DNA from: Squalus acanthias | Taxonomy: Eukaryota | Direction: 5' to 3' | Assembly (NCBI GenBank): GCA_030390025.1 | Contig: CM059432.1 | Location: forward strand, 25,856,001-25,920,000 | DNA: 64,000 nt | In this document: positions 1 through 11,719 of the stretch, piece after piece | How positions within the stretch are numbered: position 1 is the stretch's first letter | How the letters are laid out: the number at the start of each line of letters is the position of its first letter | Translations under genes and position numbers: made by a program | The notes under the pieces: model-generated | What the model saw: the letters and a program-made list of their open reading frames with translations, nothing else | What the model was told of the DNA's origin: nothing | Database searches by the model: none

Positions 1-600
1 GAACCATTATAGAATCTAGGGAATTTTGGAATATCATAACCAATGCATCCACGATCTCTGCAGCCACCTCTTTTAGAACCCTAGGATGTAAGGCCATCAA
101 GTCCAGGGCATTTGTCGACTTTTAGTCCCATTAGCTTCTCAAGTATTATTTCTCTACTGATATTAATTTCTTTAAGTTCCTCACTCTTATTAGCCCCTAG
201 GTTCCTCACTATTTTTGGTATGCTTTTTGTGTCCTCTACTGTGAAGACAGGTACAAAATATTTGTTTAATGTCTCTGTCATTTCCATGTTTCCCATTATA
301 AATTTTCCTGTCTCAGCCTCTGATTGACCAAATTTTGCTACTCTCTTCCTTTTTACGTACTTATAGAAGCTCTTACAATCTGTTTTTATATTTCTTGTTG
401 GTTTACCCTCATATTCTATTTTCTCCCTTTTTATCAATTTTTTGATCATCCTTCACTGATTTCTAAAGCTTTCCCAATCCTAAGCCTTATTACTACTCCT
501 TGAAACATTATAAGCCTCTTCTTTTAATCTAATACTATCCTCAACTTCTTTAGTAAGCCACGGATGGATCACTTTTCCTGTGGAGTTTTTATTTCTCAAT

Positions 601-2274
601 TGTAAGATCCGGATCACAGGCCACACACAGATTACCCAAAAGGGTTTTAGAAGTTGTAAGGCTTTTATTAAAGAGCTAGGGGGGAAAAATTCAGTTGGTT
701 GCGCCTCCTGTTAGCGCCTTAAGAGTGCGCTAATGTGGCGCAAAGCATCTAGCGCCCAGGCGCGGCGAAGTTTGCGCCGCTCGCGAAATTAACTAGACAT
801 TTTGCGGCGGCGCTAAACACTACCGCCACGATCTCCTGCGCCGGCAGATCATGACGTCAGTCGAGTGTGCAATGCCCCGGTATCGCCCCGGAGCGGATAT
901 TGAGTGGCGCCCCCTGCCTTACCGCCTGACGCTAGCAACGACAGGTTGAGGGGAGCGTTCTGCAGTCATGAAGGGAAAGGGGGAGCGCTATTTAAAGGTG
1001 ACCGCTTCCTGCCTTTTATTGTTGGTGCCATTTTTGAACTACGCATTCTGAGAGAGAGAGGGAGAGACTTCTGGAGAGATTTAACGTTGTGTGAAGGAGT
1101 TTTGGGTACTGAGCAGCACTTTGCAGGTTCATTTTGATTTGCCATTCCTTGTATCGATTTAGCAGAGACTGTGGGGGCTGCACTCTGAGCTCTTTGCCTG
1201 GTACTCTCCATTGTTCTTTCCAGCACATTTGATGTGCAAGTCTCTCCAGGCTGAGATTCAAGGCTGCAATGAACAGGATGTGGATGGAAAGCAAGATTAA
1301 CCATCCCCTTTAAGAACAGGCCCGTGCCATTGTGTGTGTGTTCCATTGCTGACTGACATTACATGAGCTTCGCCAGCGCTCTGAGTTAGCGCCTCACTCC
1401 TCGGCCTTTGCGCCTTAAGACAGGTGTGCAGCACCTGATTTAGTGCTCCAATCACCTCCCGGGGCGTTAAAAGTGAAGTTTCCAGTCAGTGGCGATAATT
1501 AGCACCAGGCGCTAATTTTTGCGCCCGGATGATATTTGCGCCCCAAATGGGGCGCGACTGAATTTTTCCCCCCTACAGTTTTAAAGCATAATCAGGTATT
1601 ACATATGGTTTAAGCCGAGTATAATAGACATACAACCCGTGACAGTAGGAGCGATCTACGACTCCCGAATCAGAATGCCACGACCGGACGGACAGGGAGG
1701 CAGTACGGTGGTCTCGGATTGGGTGGATTCCTGCAGTCTGCTGCAGCGGTCACTTCCGTTGGGTCATCTCTCAAGCTGTTGGAGGTGTTAGGCCGACAGC
1801 CACCTTAGACGCTAAACTTGACTAAAGTGTTAGGCCGTAGCCACTCGGGGAAACCTTCGCCCCTAACTGCCTGATTTCCTCTCTCGGTCGTCTATATTTA
1901 TAGTTATTTCAGTGGGCTGGTAGTCACCTGGTGTCAATCATTTGATCCCCCATCCTATTATCCAATTGTGAAGCGGGAAGGCATCCCTCGCCGTCCCTTT
2001 CTGCATGACTGACGAGGCCTCCCTCTTATCTTTCTGAGGAATGTTTTGTTATGTTTCTTTAAGGACATTTTATGACTTTTCGGCTCCATTTTTGTCTATT
2101 ATCCCCCACCCTGTGTTGTTTTGCATTTTACGATTCCCTTATCACTTCTATTTGTGTTTTGATGCTTGATATTTGACCTTGCTCGCATTTCTGCAATCTG
2201 TTCCCGGCTGCATGTTGTCAGTCTCTGTTCTAAGAATTAAAACCCATCTTTGAATCTAACAGCTATTTCTTACA
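601..2274 (-). mobile_element. Solo LTR (~780 bp once the nested MITE is removed), ERV or Gypsy type
   Basis: Termini TGTAAGA...TCTTACA; 4-bp TSD CAAT (597-600 and 2275-2278); CR1 continues on both sides; minus-strand TATA-like TATAAATA near 1895-1902 and AATAAA at 664-669. Confidence 0.85.
679..1572. mobile_element. Non-autonomous Harbinger element (MITE-A), copy 1
   Basis: TIR GGGGGAAAAATTCAG...CTGAATTTTTCCCCC; probable TSD CTA; near-identical inverted copy at 41266-42144. Confidence 0.9.
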
Positions 2275-3058
2275 CAATGGAATGTATATTAGTTGAGAAT
2301 TTTGGAATATTTCTTTAAATGTTTGCCACTGCTTATCTACCGTCATACCTTTTAATCTAATTTTCCAATCTACCCTAACCAACTCACCCCTCATACCTAT
2401 GTAATTGTCTTTATTTAAGTTTAAGACTCTAGCATTTTACTCTGAAATCCAATGTGAAATTCTATCATATTATGATCACTCTTCCCCAGAGGTTCTTTAC
2501 TATGAGATAACTAATTAACCCTGTCTCACAATACAAGATCTAAAATAGCTTGTTCCCTAGTTGGTTCCACGATGTATTGTTCTAGGAAACTGTCTAGAAT
2601 CCATTCCATGAACTCATCCTCCAGACTATCTTCGCCAATTTGATTTGCCCAGTCTGTATGAAGATTAAAGTCCCCCATAATTATTTTATTACCTTTGTTA
2701 CAAGCTCCTATTAGTTGTTGATTCATACTCTGTCCAACCGTATAGCTACTGTTTGGGGGCCTATAAACTACTCCCACCAGTGTTTTCTGTCCCTTGTTAT
2801 TCCTTAGCTCCACCCATACCGATTCTACTTCCTGATCTTCCAAGCCGAGATCCTTTCTCACTACTGTCCTTGTGTCATCCTTTATTATCAGGGCTACGCC
2901 CACCCCACCTTTTCCATTCTGCCTGTCTTTTCGAAACGTCAAGTATCAGGGAACAGGGAGACTTGGAGTTTACTTTGAAATCTTTGAAGTTGACAGGACA
3001 AGTTGATAATGCTGTTAAATAAACCAATGGGATCCCTGGCTTTATAAATAGAGGCATT

Positions 3059-3870
3059 GGGAGGAATTCTAAACCCCCAAAATGGGTGGGATTGGGTCGG
3101 GTGGGAAGTAAAAATGTAAAAAATCTCAAACCCACCTCAAACCTGCCCACTCAAACCCGGTTTTAACAGCGGCGGGACTGGGGGCAGGCGACCAACCCGC
3201 TCCCAGGAGGTGGGTCGCTCATTTAACTATTAAATGAGACTGCCTCGGGAAACCCGGCAGCTAAAGGGAGGCGAGGACTGCTCCATGGAACAGGTAAGTG
3301 ACTTTACAACACTGCTTGTGAGCCAGGAGGAGCAGGAGTGCTTCCCTCCTGCCCCCTCAAGCACACCCGTTAACCTCCCCAGCGATCCAGTGCTCCCCTG
3401 ATGTCTTCCACGGCCAACAATCTCCTCCCGGCCCCCCATGTCCTCCAAGGGCCCTCGCGATATTCGCCCCTCCTCCGCTGATCTCTCCAACTCCCTGCAA
3501 CCTTCTCCCCTCCTCCCCTCCTCCCCAATATCTCCGTCACCCCCAGCGATGGCCCCCTCTGACCCCTGATCTCTCCACTCCCCCCATCGATGTCCCCCCC
3601 GTCCCCGACCCCAATCTCACCCTCCCTCCTCTATGCTACCCGATCGCGGCCTGGTCCCAAAGACCTACCCGCCTGACAGCCAGCCAGCCTCTCAATCTGG
3701 CTGGCTGCAGTCGGGAAACGGAGTCCAAAAATGGTAATCAGGTCCTGCCGTTAAATTCAGCAGGTCCTGCCGTTAAATTCAGCATGCCCTGAGGGAAAGC
3801 CCGTTGTACCCGCTTTCCTGACTGCAAAACTGCCCCTGCTCCCTCCCACCTTCCCGTTAATATCGGGGCC
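3059..3870. mobile_element. Harbinger-type MITE (MITE-B) with C-rich interior
   Basis: Ends GGGAGGAATT...AATATCGGGGCC; TSD ATT/ATA; interrupts CR1 (gaggcat|agag); related in reverse orientation to 47001-48601. Confidence 0.8.
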
Positions 3871-4601
3871 ATAGAGAACAAAAGCAAGTAGGTTATGTTA
3901 AACCTTTATAAATCAACGGTTAGGCCTCAGTAGGAGTATTGTGTCCAATTCTGGGCACCACACTTTAGGAGGGATGTCAAGGTTTGGAGAGGTTGTAGAG
4001 GAGATTTACGAGAATAGTACCAGGGAGGAGGGACTTCACATGTGGAGAGACTGTAGAAGCTGGGTTTGTTTTCCTTAAAGCAGAGAAGGTTAAGGAGATA
4101 TTTAATACAGGTGTTCAAAATCACGAAGGGCTTTGATAGAGTAAATAAGGAGAACCTTTTTCCAGTGGCAGAAGGATCGATAACCAAAGGACACCGATTT
4201 AAGGTGACCAGTAAAAGAGCCAGAGATGAGATGAGGAGAATTTGTTTTGTGCGGCAAGTTATTATGATCTGGAATGTACAAAATAGAACACTTCAACTTT
4301 AGATTACAGTGCCAGCAGAAGGGCAGTGGAAGCAAATTCAATAATAACTTTCAAAAGGGAATTGGATAAATAAATGCCAGGATATACATATCAGGAAAGG
4401 ATGAACAGGCTGGGTCTCTTTTCTCTTGAAAAGGAAGGCCGAGGGGTGACCTAATAGAGGTCTTTAAAATTATGAAAGGTTTTGATAGAGTGGATACAAA
4501 GAGAATGTTTCCACTTGTGGGAAAGAGCATAACTAGAGGCCATCAATATAAGATAGTCACCAAGAAATCCAATAGGAAAATCAGAAGAAACTTCTTTACC
4601 C

Positions 4602-6860
4602 AAACATAGAAACATAGAAACATAGAAAATAGGTACAGGAGTAGACCATTCGGTCCTTCGAGCCTGCACCGCCATTCAATGCGTTCATGGCTGAACATGC
4701 TACCTCAGTACCCCATTCCTGCTTTCTCGCCATACCCCTTGATCCCCCTAGTTGTGAGTGTTATATCTAACTCCTTTTTGAATATATTTAGCGAACTGGC
4801 CTCAACAACCTTCTGTGGAAGAGAATTCCATAGATTCACCACTCTCTGGGTGAAGAAGTTCCTCCTCAGCTCAGTCCTAAATGGCTTCCCCTTAATCCTT
4901 AGACTGTGACCCCTGGTTCTAGTTTTCCCTACCATTGGGAACATTCTGCCCGCATCTAATTTGTCTAAACCAGTCAGGATTTTAAATGTCTCTATAAGAT
5001 CCCCCCTCATTCTTCTGAACTCCAGAGGATACAAGTTCAGTTGACCCAGTCTTTCTTGATATGTCAGTCCGGCCATCCCAGGAATCAATCTAGTGAACCT
5101 TCGCTGCACTCCCTCAATAGCAAGAATGTCCTTCCTTAAGTTAGGAGACCAAAACTGCGCACAATACTCCAGGTGTGGCCTCACCAAGGCCCTGTACAAC
5201 TGCAGCATCACCTCCCTACTCCTGTACTCAAATCCCCTTACTATGAAGGCCATCATTCCGTTTGCTTTCTTGACTGCCTGCTGCACTTGCATTCCCACCT
5301 TCAATGACTGATGTACCATGATGCCCAGGTCTCGTTGCACCTCCCCTTTCCCTAATCTGCCACCATTCAGGTAATAGTCCGCCTCTCTATTTTTACCACC
5401 AAAGTGGATAACCTCACATTTATCCACATTGTACTTCATCTGCCATACATTTGCCCATTCACCCAACCTGTCCAAGTCACTCTGTAGCCTCCTAGCATCC
5501 TCCTCATTGTTCACACTGCCTCCCAATTTAGTGTCATCCGCAAATTTGGAGATATTACATTTAATCCCTTCGTCCAAATCATTAATATATAATGTAAACA
5601 GCTGGGGTCCCAGCACCGAACCCTGCGGTACCCCGCTGGTCACTGCCTGCCATTCTGAAAAGTACCCATTTACTCCTACTCTTTGTTTCCTGTGTGCCAA
5701 CCAGTTCTCAATCCACGTCAACACATTACCCCCAATCCCATGTGCTTTAACTTTGCTCACCAATCTCTTGTGTGGAACCTTGTCGAAGGCCTTCTGAAAG
5801 TCCAAATACACCACATCTACTGGTTCCCCCCTGTCCACCCTATTGGAAACATCCTCAAAAAATTCCAGAAGATTTGTCAAGCATGATTTCCCTTTCACAA
5901 ATCCATGCTGACTTGGACCTATCATGTCGCCACTTTCCAAATGGTCTGTTATGACATCTTTAATAATTGCTTCCATCATTTTACCCACAACCGATGTCAG
6001 GCTAACCGGTCTATAATTCCCTGCTTTCTCCCTCCCTCCTTTTTTAAAAAGAGGGGTTACATTGGCCACCCTCCACTCCATCGGAACTGATCCAGAGTCT
6101 AAGGAATGTTGGAAAATGATCGTCAATGCATCCACTATTTCCAAGGCCACCTCCTTAAGTACTCTGGGATGCAGACCATCAGGCCCCGGGGATTTTTCAG
6201 CCTTCAGTCCCATCAATTTTCCCAATACCTTTTCCCGACTAATAAGGATTTCCCTCAGCTCCTCCCTCTTACCAGATCCTCTGACCCCTTTTATTTCCGG
6301 CAGGTTGTGTGTGTCCTCCACAGTAAACACCGAACCAAAGTACTTGTTCAATTGATCTGCCATTTCCTTGTTCCCCATTATGACTTCCCCTGTTTCCGAC
6401 TGCAGGGGACCTACGTTTGTTTTTACTAACCTCTTTCTTTTTACATATTTATAGAAGCTTTTGCTGTCCATTTTAATGTTCTCTGCAAGCTTCCTTTCAT
6501 ATTTTATTTTCCCTGCCCTAATCAAACCCTTCGTCCTCCTCTGCTGAGTTTTGAAGTTCTCCCAGTCCCCGGGTTTGCTGTTACTTCTGGCCAATTTGTA
6601 TGCAACTTCCTTGGTTTTAATACTATCCCTGATTTCCCTTGTTAGCCATGGTTGAGCCACCTTCCCTTTTTTATTTTTACGCCAGACCGGGATGTACAAT
6701 TGTTGTAGTTCATCCATGCGATCTCTAAATGTCTGCCATTGCCCTTCCACTGATAGCCCCTTAAATATCGCTTGCCAATTTAACCTCGCCAATTCACGCC
6801 TCATACCCTCAAAGTTGCCCTTATTTAAGTTCTGGACCATGGTCTCTGACTTAACTGTTT
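4602..6860 (-). mobile_element. Young 5'-truncated CR1 LINE with (CTATGTTT)n tail
   Basis: Uninterrupted RT frame; 3' tail microsatellite aaacatag repeats at ~4601-4628; no TSD seen. Confidence 0.95.
4705..6860 (-). CDS. CR1 ORF2 reverse transcriptase portion (open, ~718 aa; endonuclease missing)
   Basis: KSPGPDG, NYRPVSLTS, QHGF, YLDFQKAFDKVPH, GVPQGSVLGP, KFADD motifs. The first ~28 aa of the ORF-track call (6861-6945) come from the flanking antisense CR1. Confidence 0.9.
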
Positions 6861-7694
6861 CCTGAGTGATGAGAATGTGGAACTCGCTGCCACAGGGAGT
6901 GGTTGAAGTGAATAGTATAGATGCATTTAAGGGGAGGCTAGACAAGCATATGAGGGAGAAGGGAATAGAGGGTTATGCTGATAGAGTTAGATGAGGAAAG
7001 ACGGGAGGAGGTTCAAGTGGAGCATAAATGCAGGCATGGACTGGTTGGGCCGAATGGCCTGTTTCTGTGCCGTATATCCTGTGCAATCCTATGTAATACT
7101 TGAAGGGGAGAAAATTGCAAGGCTATTGGGAAAGAGCAGAAGAGCAGGACTAATTGGATAGCTCTTTCAAAGAGCCGGAACAGGCACGATGGGCTGAATG
7201 GCTCCCTTCTGTCGTGGGTGTAAGATTGCATGGGTGAAAAATTCAGTTCCTTCGCGCCTCCCCTTTGGGCCAGCTGAGACGAATCCAGCGACGCACGGCA
7301 AACCTGCTCCCCTGTTGCGCCACCAGTACAAGGTACCTCCAGGGACTTCAACGCAGGCAGATTGTGACGTCAGTGAACGTGCAACGCTCACTGCCCGCCC
7401 GATCTGTGAAATTGATTGTCGCCACCTGCCTTAGCACCTCGACCAAACAGCGACAGGGAGAGCTGGTGTGAAGCAGCCGGAAGCCGGCTCTAGGGATGTT
7501 ATTTAAAGGGTTCATGAGTAATGAGCTGCAGCTGTCAGGTTCGTGATGTTTCATTGCTTTCCTGTCAGTTTGACATTGTGCAACAGTTTAATTCAGTAAT
7601 TTAAAGGTTATTTTGTATCAGGAGTGTTGTGGGAACTAAAAAGTAGTTATATTTATTCTTTAAAAAATCAAACCACTACACTTGGCTTACATTA

Positions 7695-8885
7695 ATGGGG
7701 GCTGTACTCGCAGTCGACCTGGCCCTCCAGGATCTACGGTGAAGGGAGCAGAGGCAGTGAGTAAGAGTGCAGCCAGAGGGAGGAGGAGGGCCATCACGGA
7801 TCTCAACAGGAGGCCTTACCCTCCGAGGGTATTCCAACAGCACTTCTCCTACCTCCAATTAAGTGAGGAACAGTGTATTAGAAGGCTCTGCTTCAACAAG
7901 GAGTTGGTCACAGAACTCTGCCACCTCTTGCAACCAGAACTGCAGCCTCGGGTCAGGGCAACCACAGCTCTCTCAGTGGCAGTCAAGGTCACCGTCGCCC
8001 TCAATTTCTTCACCAGTAGATCCTTCCTGTCTGCAGCAGGAGACATAGCTAACATTTCACCATTTGCCGTCCATCACTATATCGGGAGGTTACAGAGGCT
8101 CTCTACAGTAGAAGAAGGGATTACATTTCCTTCCCCATCACCAGAGAAGCAGAACGAGCGTGCATGTGGCTTTGCCAGGATAGCGGGCTTCCCCATGGTG
8201 CAGGGCACCATTGACTGCACCCACGTGGTTTTGCAGGGCACTGCATAAAAATCCTGACATCTTCCGTAACCGCAAAGGGTACCACTCACTTAATGTTCAG
8301 TTGGTGTGCGACCACAGACAGCGAATCCTCAGTATGAATGCCCGCTATCCTGGCAGCAGCCACGATGCCTTCATCCTGCATCAGACCGGTGTGCCAGAAC
8401 TCTTCCAGCCACCATGTCAAGCTGGTGGCTGGCTGGTCGGAGACCAGGGCTATCCACTCTCCACCTGGCTCAAGCCTTCCCTCCGCAATCCTAACACTCC
8501 TGCCCAGCACTCATATAATGACAGCCATGCTGCCACCAGGAACATCATCGAGGAGACCATCGGCCTGCTGAAGCAACGGTTCTGCTGCCCTGACTGCTCG
8601 GGAGGAGCCCTCCAGTACTCGGCTGAGCAGGTGTCCCATTTCGTGGTGGTCTACTGCATGCTCCACAACTTGGCCATCAGGAGGGCCCAGCCCTTGCCAC
8701 CAGGGATTGCGGGACCACCTCAGCAGGGGGAAGATGGAGAGGAGGAGGAGGAGGACGAGGAGGAAAAGGAAGACAAGGAGGATGATGAGGAGGAGGAGGA
8801 ACAGGAGCGAGGGAGGAGGCAGCCGCTCTATCGGGCTTCCCGAAGTGCGGTCCGTGATCACCTCATCAGACTGCGGTTCCAATAA
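7695..8885 (+). pseudogene. Harbinger (HARBI1-like) DDE transposase with frameshifts and stops
   Basis: VQGTIDCTHV, NRKGYHSLNVQLVCD, ARYPGSSHDAFIL, WLVGDQGYP and RNIIEETIGLLKQRF retain D-D-E; acidic tail; likely start ATGGGGGCTGTA at 7695; split between ORFs 7682-8248 and 8211-8885. Confidence 0.92.
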
Positions 8886-9050
8886 ATTAAACCCCAGATC
8901 CCCGTTGCTCACCACATCCCCATCATTTCATCCCTGTCGCAGGCCATATCACAGCGCAAAGCTGAAATGAGACACAACACAAAAGAATCCAAACTGAATG
9001 AATAAATTTATCAATAATAAGTGAACACATATTTACAACAAAAATATTAA

Positions 9051-10953
9051 CTATTCACCCTTATGCAATCCCTTAGTGCCTCTCGTTACTGTGCCTTTGC
9101 CTACTCTAGTGCTTCTACAAAGTGTTGGCCCAGTGGCTGCAGCAGGGCTGGTGGAAGGCTGCTGAGTGTCCGTGCGGGAGACTTTAGATGGCCTTGCAGG
9201 ACGCCCTCGACCAGTTCTGGGCCTGGAAGGCCAGGCTGTAGACTGCACCACCTCAGCATGGGTGGCAGCAGTCTGGGCTGGCTGGAGGACAAGCAACGAC
9301 AAGGGCAATGGTGGAGTGGCAGTGGTGGGAACAGGAATGCTATCATCCTGAGAGAGGACAGCAGGTTCCTGCTCCACTGACCCACTGCCACTCCCCCGGG
9401 GCAGCACCTCAGCATCCCTAGCAATCTGTTGGAGGACAGATTGCGGGCCTGCTGCGACATCGTGAAAACCCCGGTCGACGGTGGTAGACCCAGCCATGAT
9501 GGCAGCAGTCAGAGCTTGCGTGGCATCAAGCTGAGACTGCATGAGTGCAGTCTGAGATTGGATGCCACCAAGCATAGACTGCATTACAGCACTAAGGCAT
9601 TGCGTCGCTTCCGCCTGTGCTGCAATGGAAGCTGCCAGATCGCCCATCACACACGGCATCAGGTCTGGGTCACCACGGTCTCTCTGGGAGTCCACCATCC
9701 TTTGCAGACTGGCAATGATGGGCTCTATGGTGTGCGCAGAGCCTTGTGCAATGTTGGAGGCGGACTCCTCCACGCTCCTTATTATTGCCAAGAGGCTGTC
9801 AGGGCACCCTTGCCATTGCACCTATCATCTCCATGTGCATGCCCAGCACCCTTCTTCTAAACACCTCCCCATTGAGGTTCTCATCTGAGTCCTGTGCAGC
9901 AGAACTCGTGTGCGAACTCGCCCTCCAGGGAACTGGCCCCCGAGCTACCTCTTCCCCCTGGCCTTGCTGAAGCCCGCTCGTCCCTGGTGCTTCACCCTGT
10001 GCAGCTCCCACTACTATACTAGTCTCTAAAGAACGCGTAGTGCCAGTATCTGAGCTATTGCCTGCGGGTGAGACATGTATTAATGCAGTGTGTTCTTCCT
10101 CCTCCTCTTCTCCCACATCGCTCTCTATGGTGCCCTCAGGGACAGGCTGCTCAGGTGCTTGCTAATTATCTGAAAGCATAATGGCACAAGAGTCAGATTA
10201 AGGTGAGGGGAGGGGGGCAGAAAGGGAGAAATGCATGCATACAGCATGATTAGCTGGAAAGTGCGAAATGATTGTGGGATGAGGGGGAAGTGGAATGTGA
10301 GAAGAAGGAGTAGGGATGAACATACCGTTGTTGTCCCCAAGGGGGTCAACATCGCTGGTGGCCATGGCGCCCACCACCTGGCGCCCAATAATCTGCAGCA
10401 CTCTTTCCTCCAGCTCAGACAGTGGTTGGGTGTCAGCTTGTTCCCCGCCTGTGCGCTGCTGCTCCCTCCTATTGTGAGCCACCTTGCAAGAGAAAGAAAA
10501 GTGTGTGAGTGAGTGTGGAGCAATGTGTTTGGGTGATGTGCCTGTCATAGTTGAATAGCTGTCATTGTGTACAAGGTGTGAGATGTGGGTGTGAGTGTTG
10601 GTAGTTAGAGGTTGTTGGTGGGTGAGTGCTGGGGGTGTGGTGCTTTGGGCAGTGTGTGCAGACTGTGGTTCAGATGGTGGTATGCAGCATTTGTTGAAGC
10701 ATTGACTCACCCTGACCACCTGAGTGAGATCGTCAAATTTCTTCTTGCACTCTGTGTGGGTCCTGGAGACCACAGTGCTGCCCGAGATGTGCTGCGCTAC
10801 CTCCCTCCACATGGTGCGGAAGTCTTGTGGCGAGGGCCTCCTGCCACTTGCCGGTAGAGCATCGCCCTCCGTCTCTCCACAGTGAACACCAATGCCATCA
10901 AATGCTTGATCGCAGAATCTGTGGGCTCTCTCCCTGGGACGTGGATCTGCCAT
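9051..10953 (-). pseudogene. Harbinger Myb/SANT (trihelix, MSANTD/NAIF1-like) DNA-binding gene; exons ~10953-10711, 10482-10326, 10169-9051
   Basis: MADPRPRERAHRF...WREVA...RTHTECKKKFDDL then GTGAGT donor; exon 2 AHNRREQQRTGG then GTATG donor; exon 3 has an early TAG and a frameshift near 9810. Confidence 0.85.
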
Positions 10954-11719
10954 GAGTACAGCTGCTTCAGTCATCTGGCTCCTTATCCTTGACCTGTTGT
11001 TGCTTACTAAGGCAGCTGCACAGCCAACAATGCTGAGAATGAGGTTCTGCAGCATCAATGAACCTCCCCTTTAAGAACTGGAAATAGCCTGTGGCAATGA
11101 TGACTTGCGATTAGATTGCACACAATATTGGTCCACCCTTTGAGTGTAACGCCAATGAGCTTGGGCTTTAAGGCTTGAATTAGCGCTCCAATCATTTTTT
11201 TGAGCAGTGAGAATGAATTTTGCGTGCAGGTTAAAGCATTAGCGCCTGGCGCTAATTCCCCAACTTTTCTAATGATACCGCCCATTCCTGGCCTGTAATG
11301 AATTTCTAACCCATGATTCTATGGGGGGAATTTTAATGGGTTAGCATCAGGTGAGATGTTAAAATTTTTAAAATCTCAAACCCAACCCCAACCTGCCCAT
11401 GATGGAAAGTACACATGTGTAAAGTTGTTGGGTGCGGTCAGATTGTGATTGCTCCCTGTGCAGACACTTACTCCCTTGGCTTATACATGAAGAATGGTAA
11501 TTTGAGTAAACCAATAGAGGGCAACCACCAGTCGTGACTCTATATCTGAAAATATAACTTTGCTAACAGATCAAAGAAAATTAGATAGGGCAGAAGAGAG
11601 TCTTGAACTGATTTTCAGTCTTCTATCTGACTGGCAGCTGTCCGTTATTCCATATTAGAGAACACAATGAGTTATCAAGACCAAATGGAGTCTGTCAAGT
11701 AAAGAGACAGAGGTTATTT

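Larger units (their letters stand above)
1..2941 (-). mobile_element. Degraded CR1 LINE ORF2 fragment (APE endonuclease to RT linker), split by the solo LTR at 601-2274
   Basis: ORF 2526-2942 has APE motifs (FRKDR..GGGV, VGVVYRPP, IIMGDFN, EPTREQAILDLVL). ORF 81-449 (KSFYKYVKRKR..CPGLDG) resembles the linker of the CR1 at 4705-6945. Confidence 0.9.
4375..7097 (+). mobile_element. Second CR1 3' fragment (4375-4603 and ~6862-7097), split by the young CR1
   Basis: ...gaaacttctttaccca | gagtgatgagaatgtggaactcgctgcc... reads as the FFTQ|RVVRMWNSLP region of CR1 ORF2. Confidence 0.8.
2942..7231 (+). mobile_element. Old CR1 3' fragment (pieces 2942-3058, 3871-4370, ~7095-7231) hosting nested insertions
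   Basis: Resembles CR1 RT C-terminus and tail (EYCVQFWAPHFRRD; LKQRRLRRYLIQVFKI). The sequence joins across the inserts (ggaattggataaat|acttgaagggg). Confidence 0.8.
7232..11312. mobile_element. Full-length two-gene PIF/Harbinger DNA transposon (decayed)
   Basis: Imperfect TIR GGGTGAAAAATTCA...TGAATTTCTAACCC; TSD CAT or ATG; inserted in a CR1 tail; transposase (+) and Myb/SANT gene (-) are convergent. Confidence 0.92.

Noticed and set aside
966..1346. 126-aa ORF duplicated at 41492-41872 as a novel gene
   Set aside because: Lies inside MITE-A, and overlapping frames are conserved equally, as expected for recent copying. Only MESTRQRAQ looks like real coding relic.
6861..6945. N-terminus of the 746-aa ORF as a true start
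   Set aside because: Chance read-through from the antisense strand of the flanking older CR1.
7695..8885. Host HARBI1 gene
   Set aside because: Frameshifted, flanked by TIRs and a TSD, and paired with a Myb gene: a transposon copy, not the domesticated gene.
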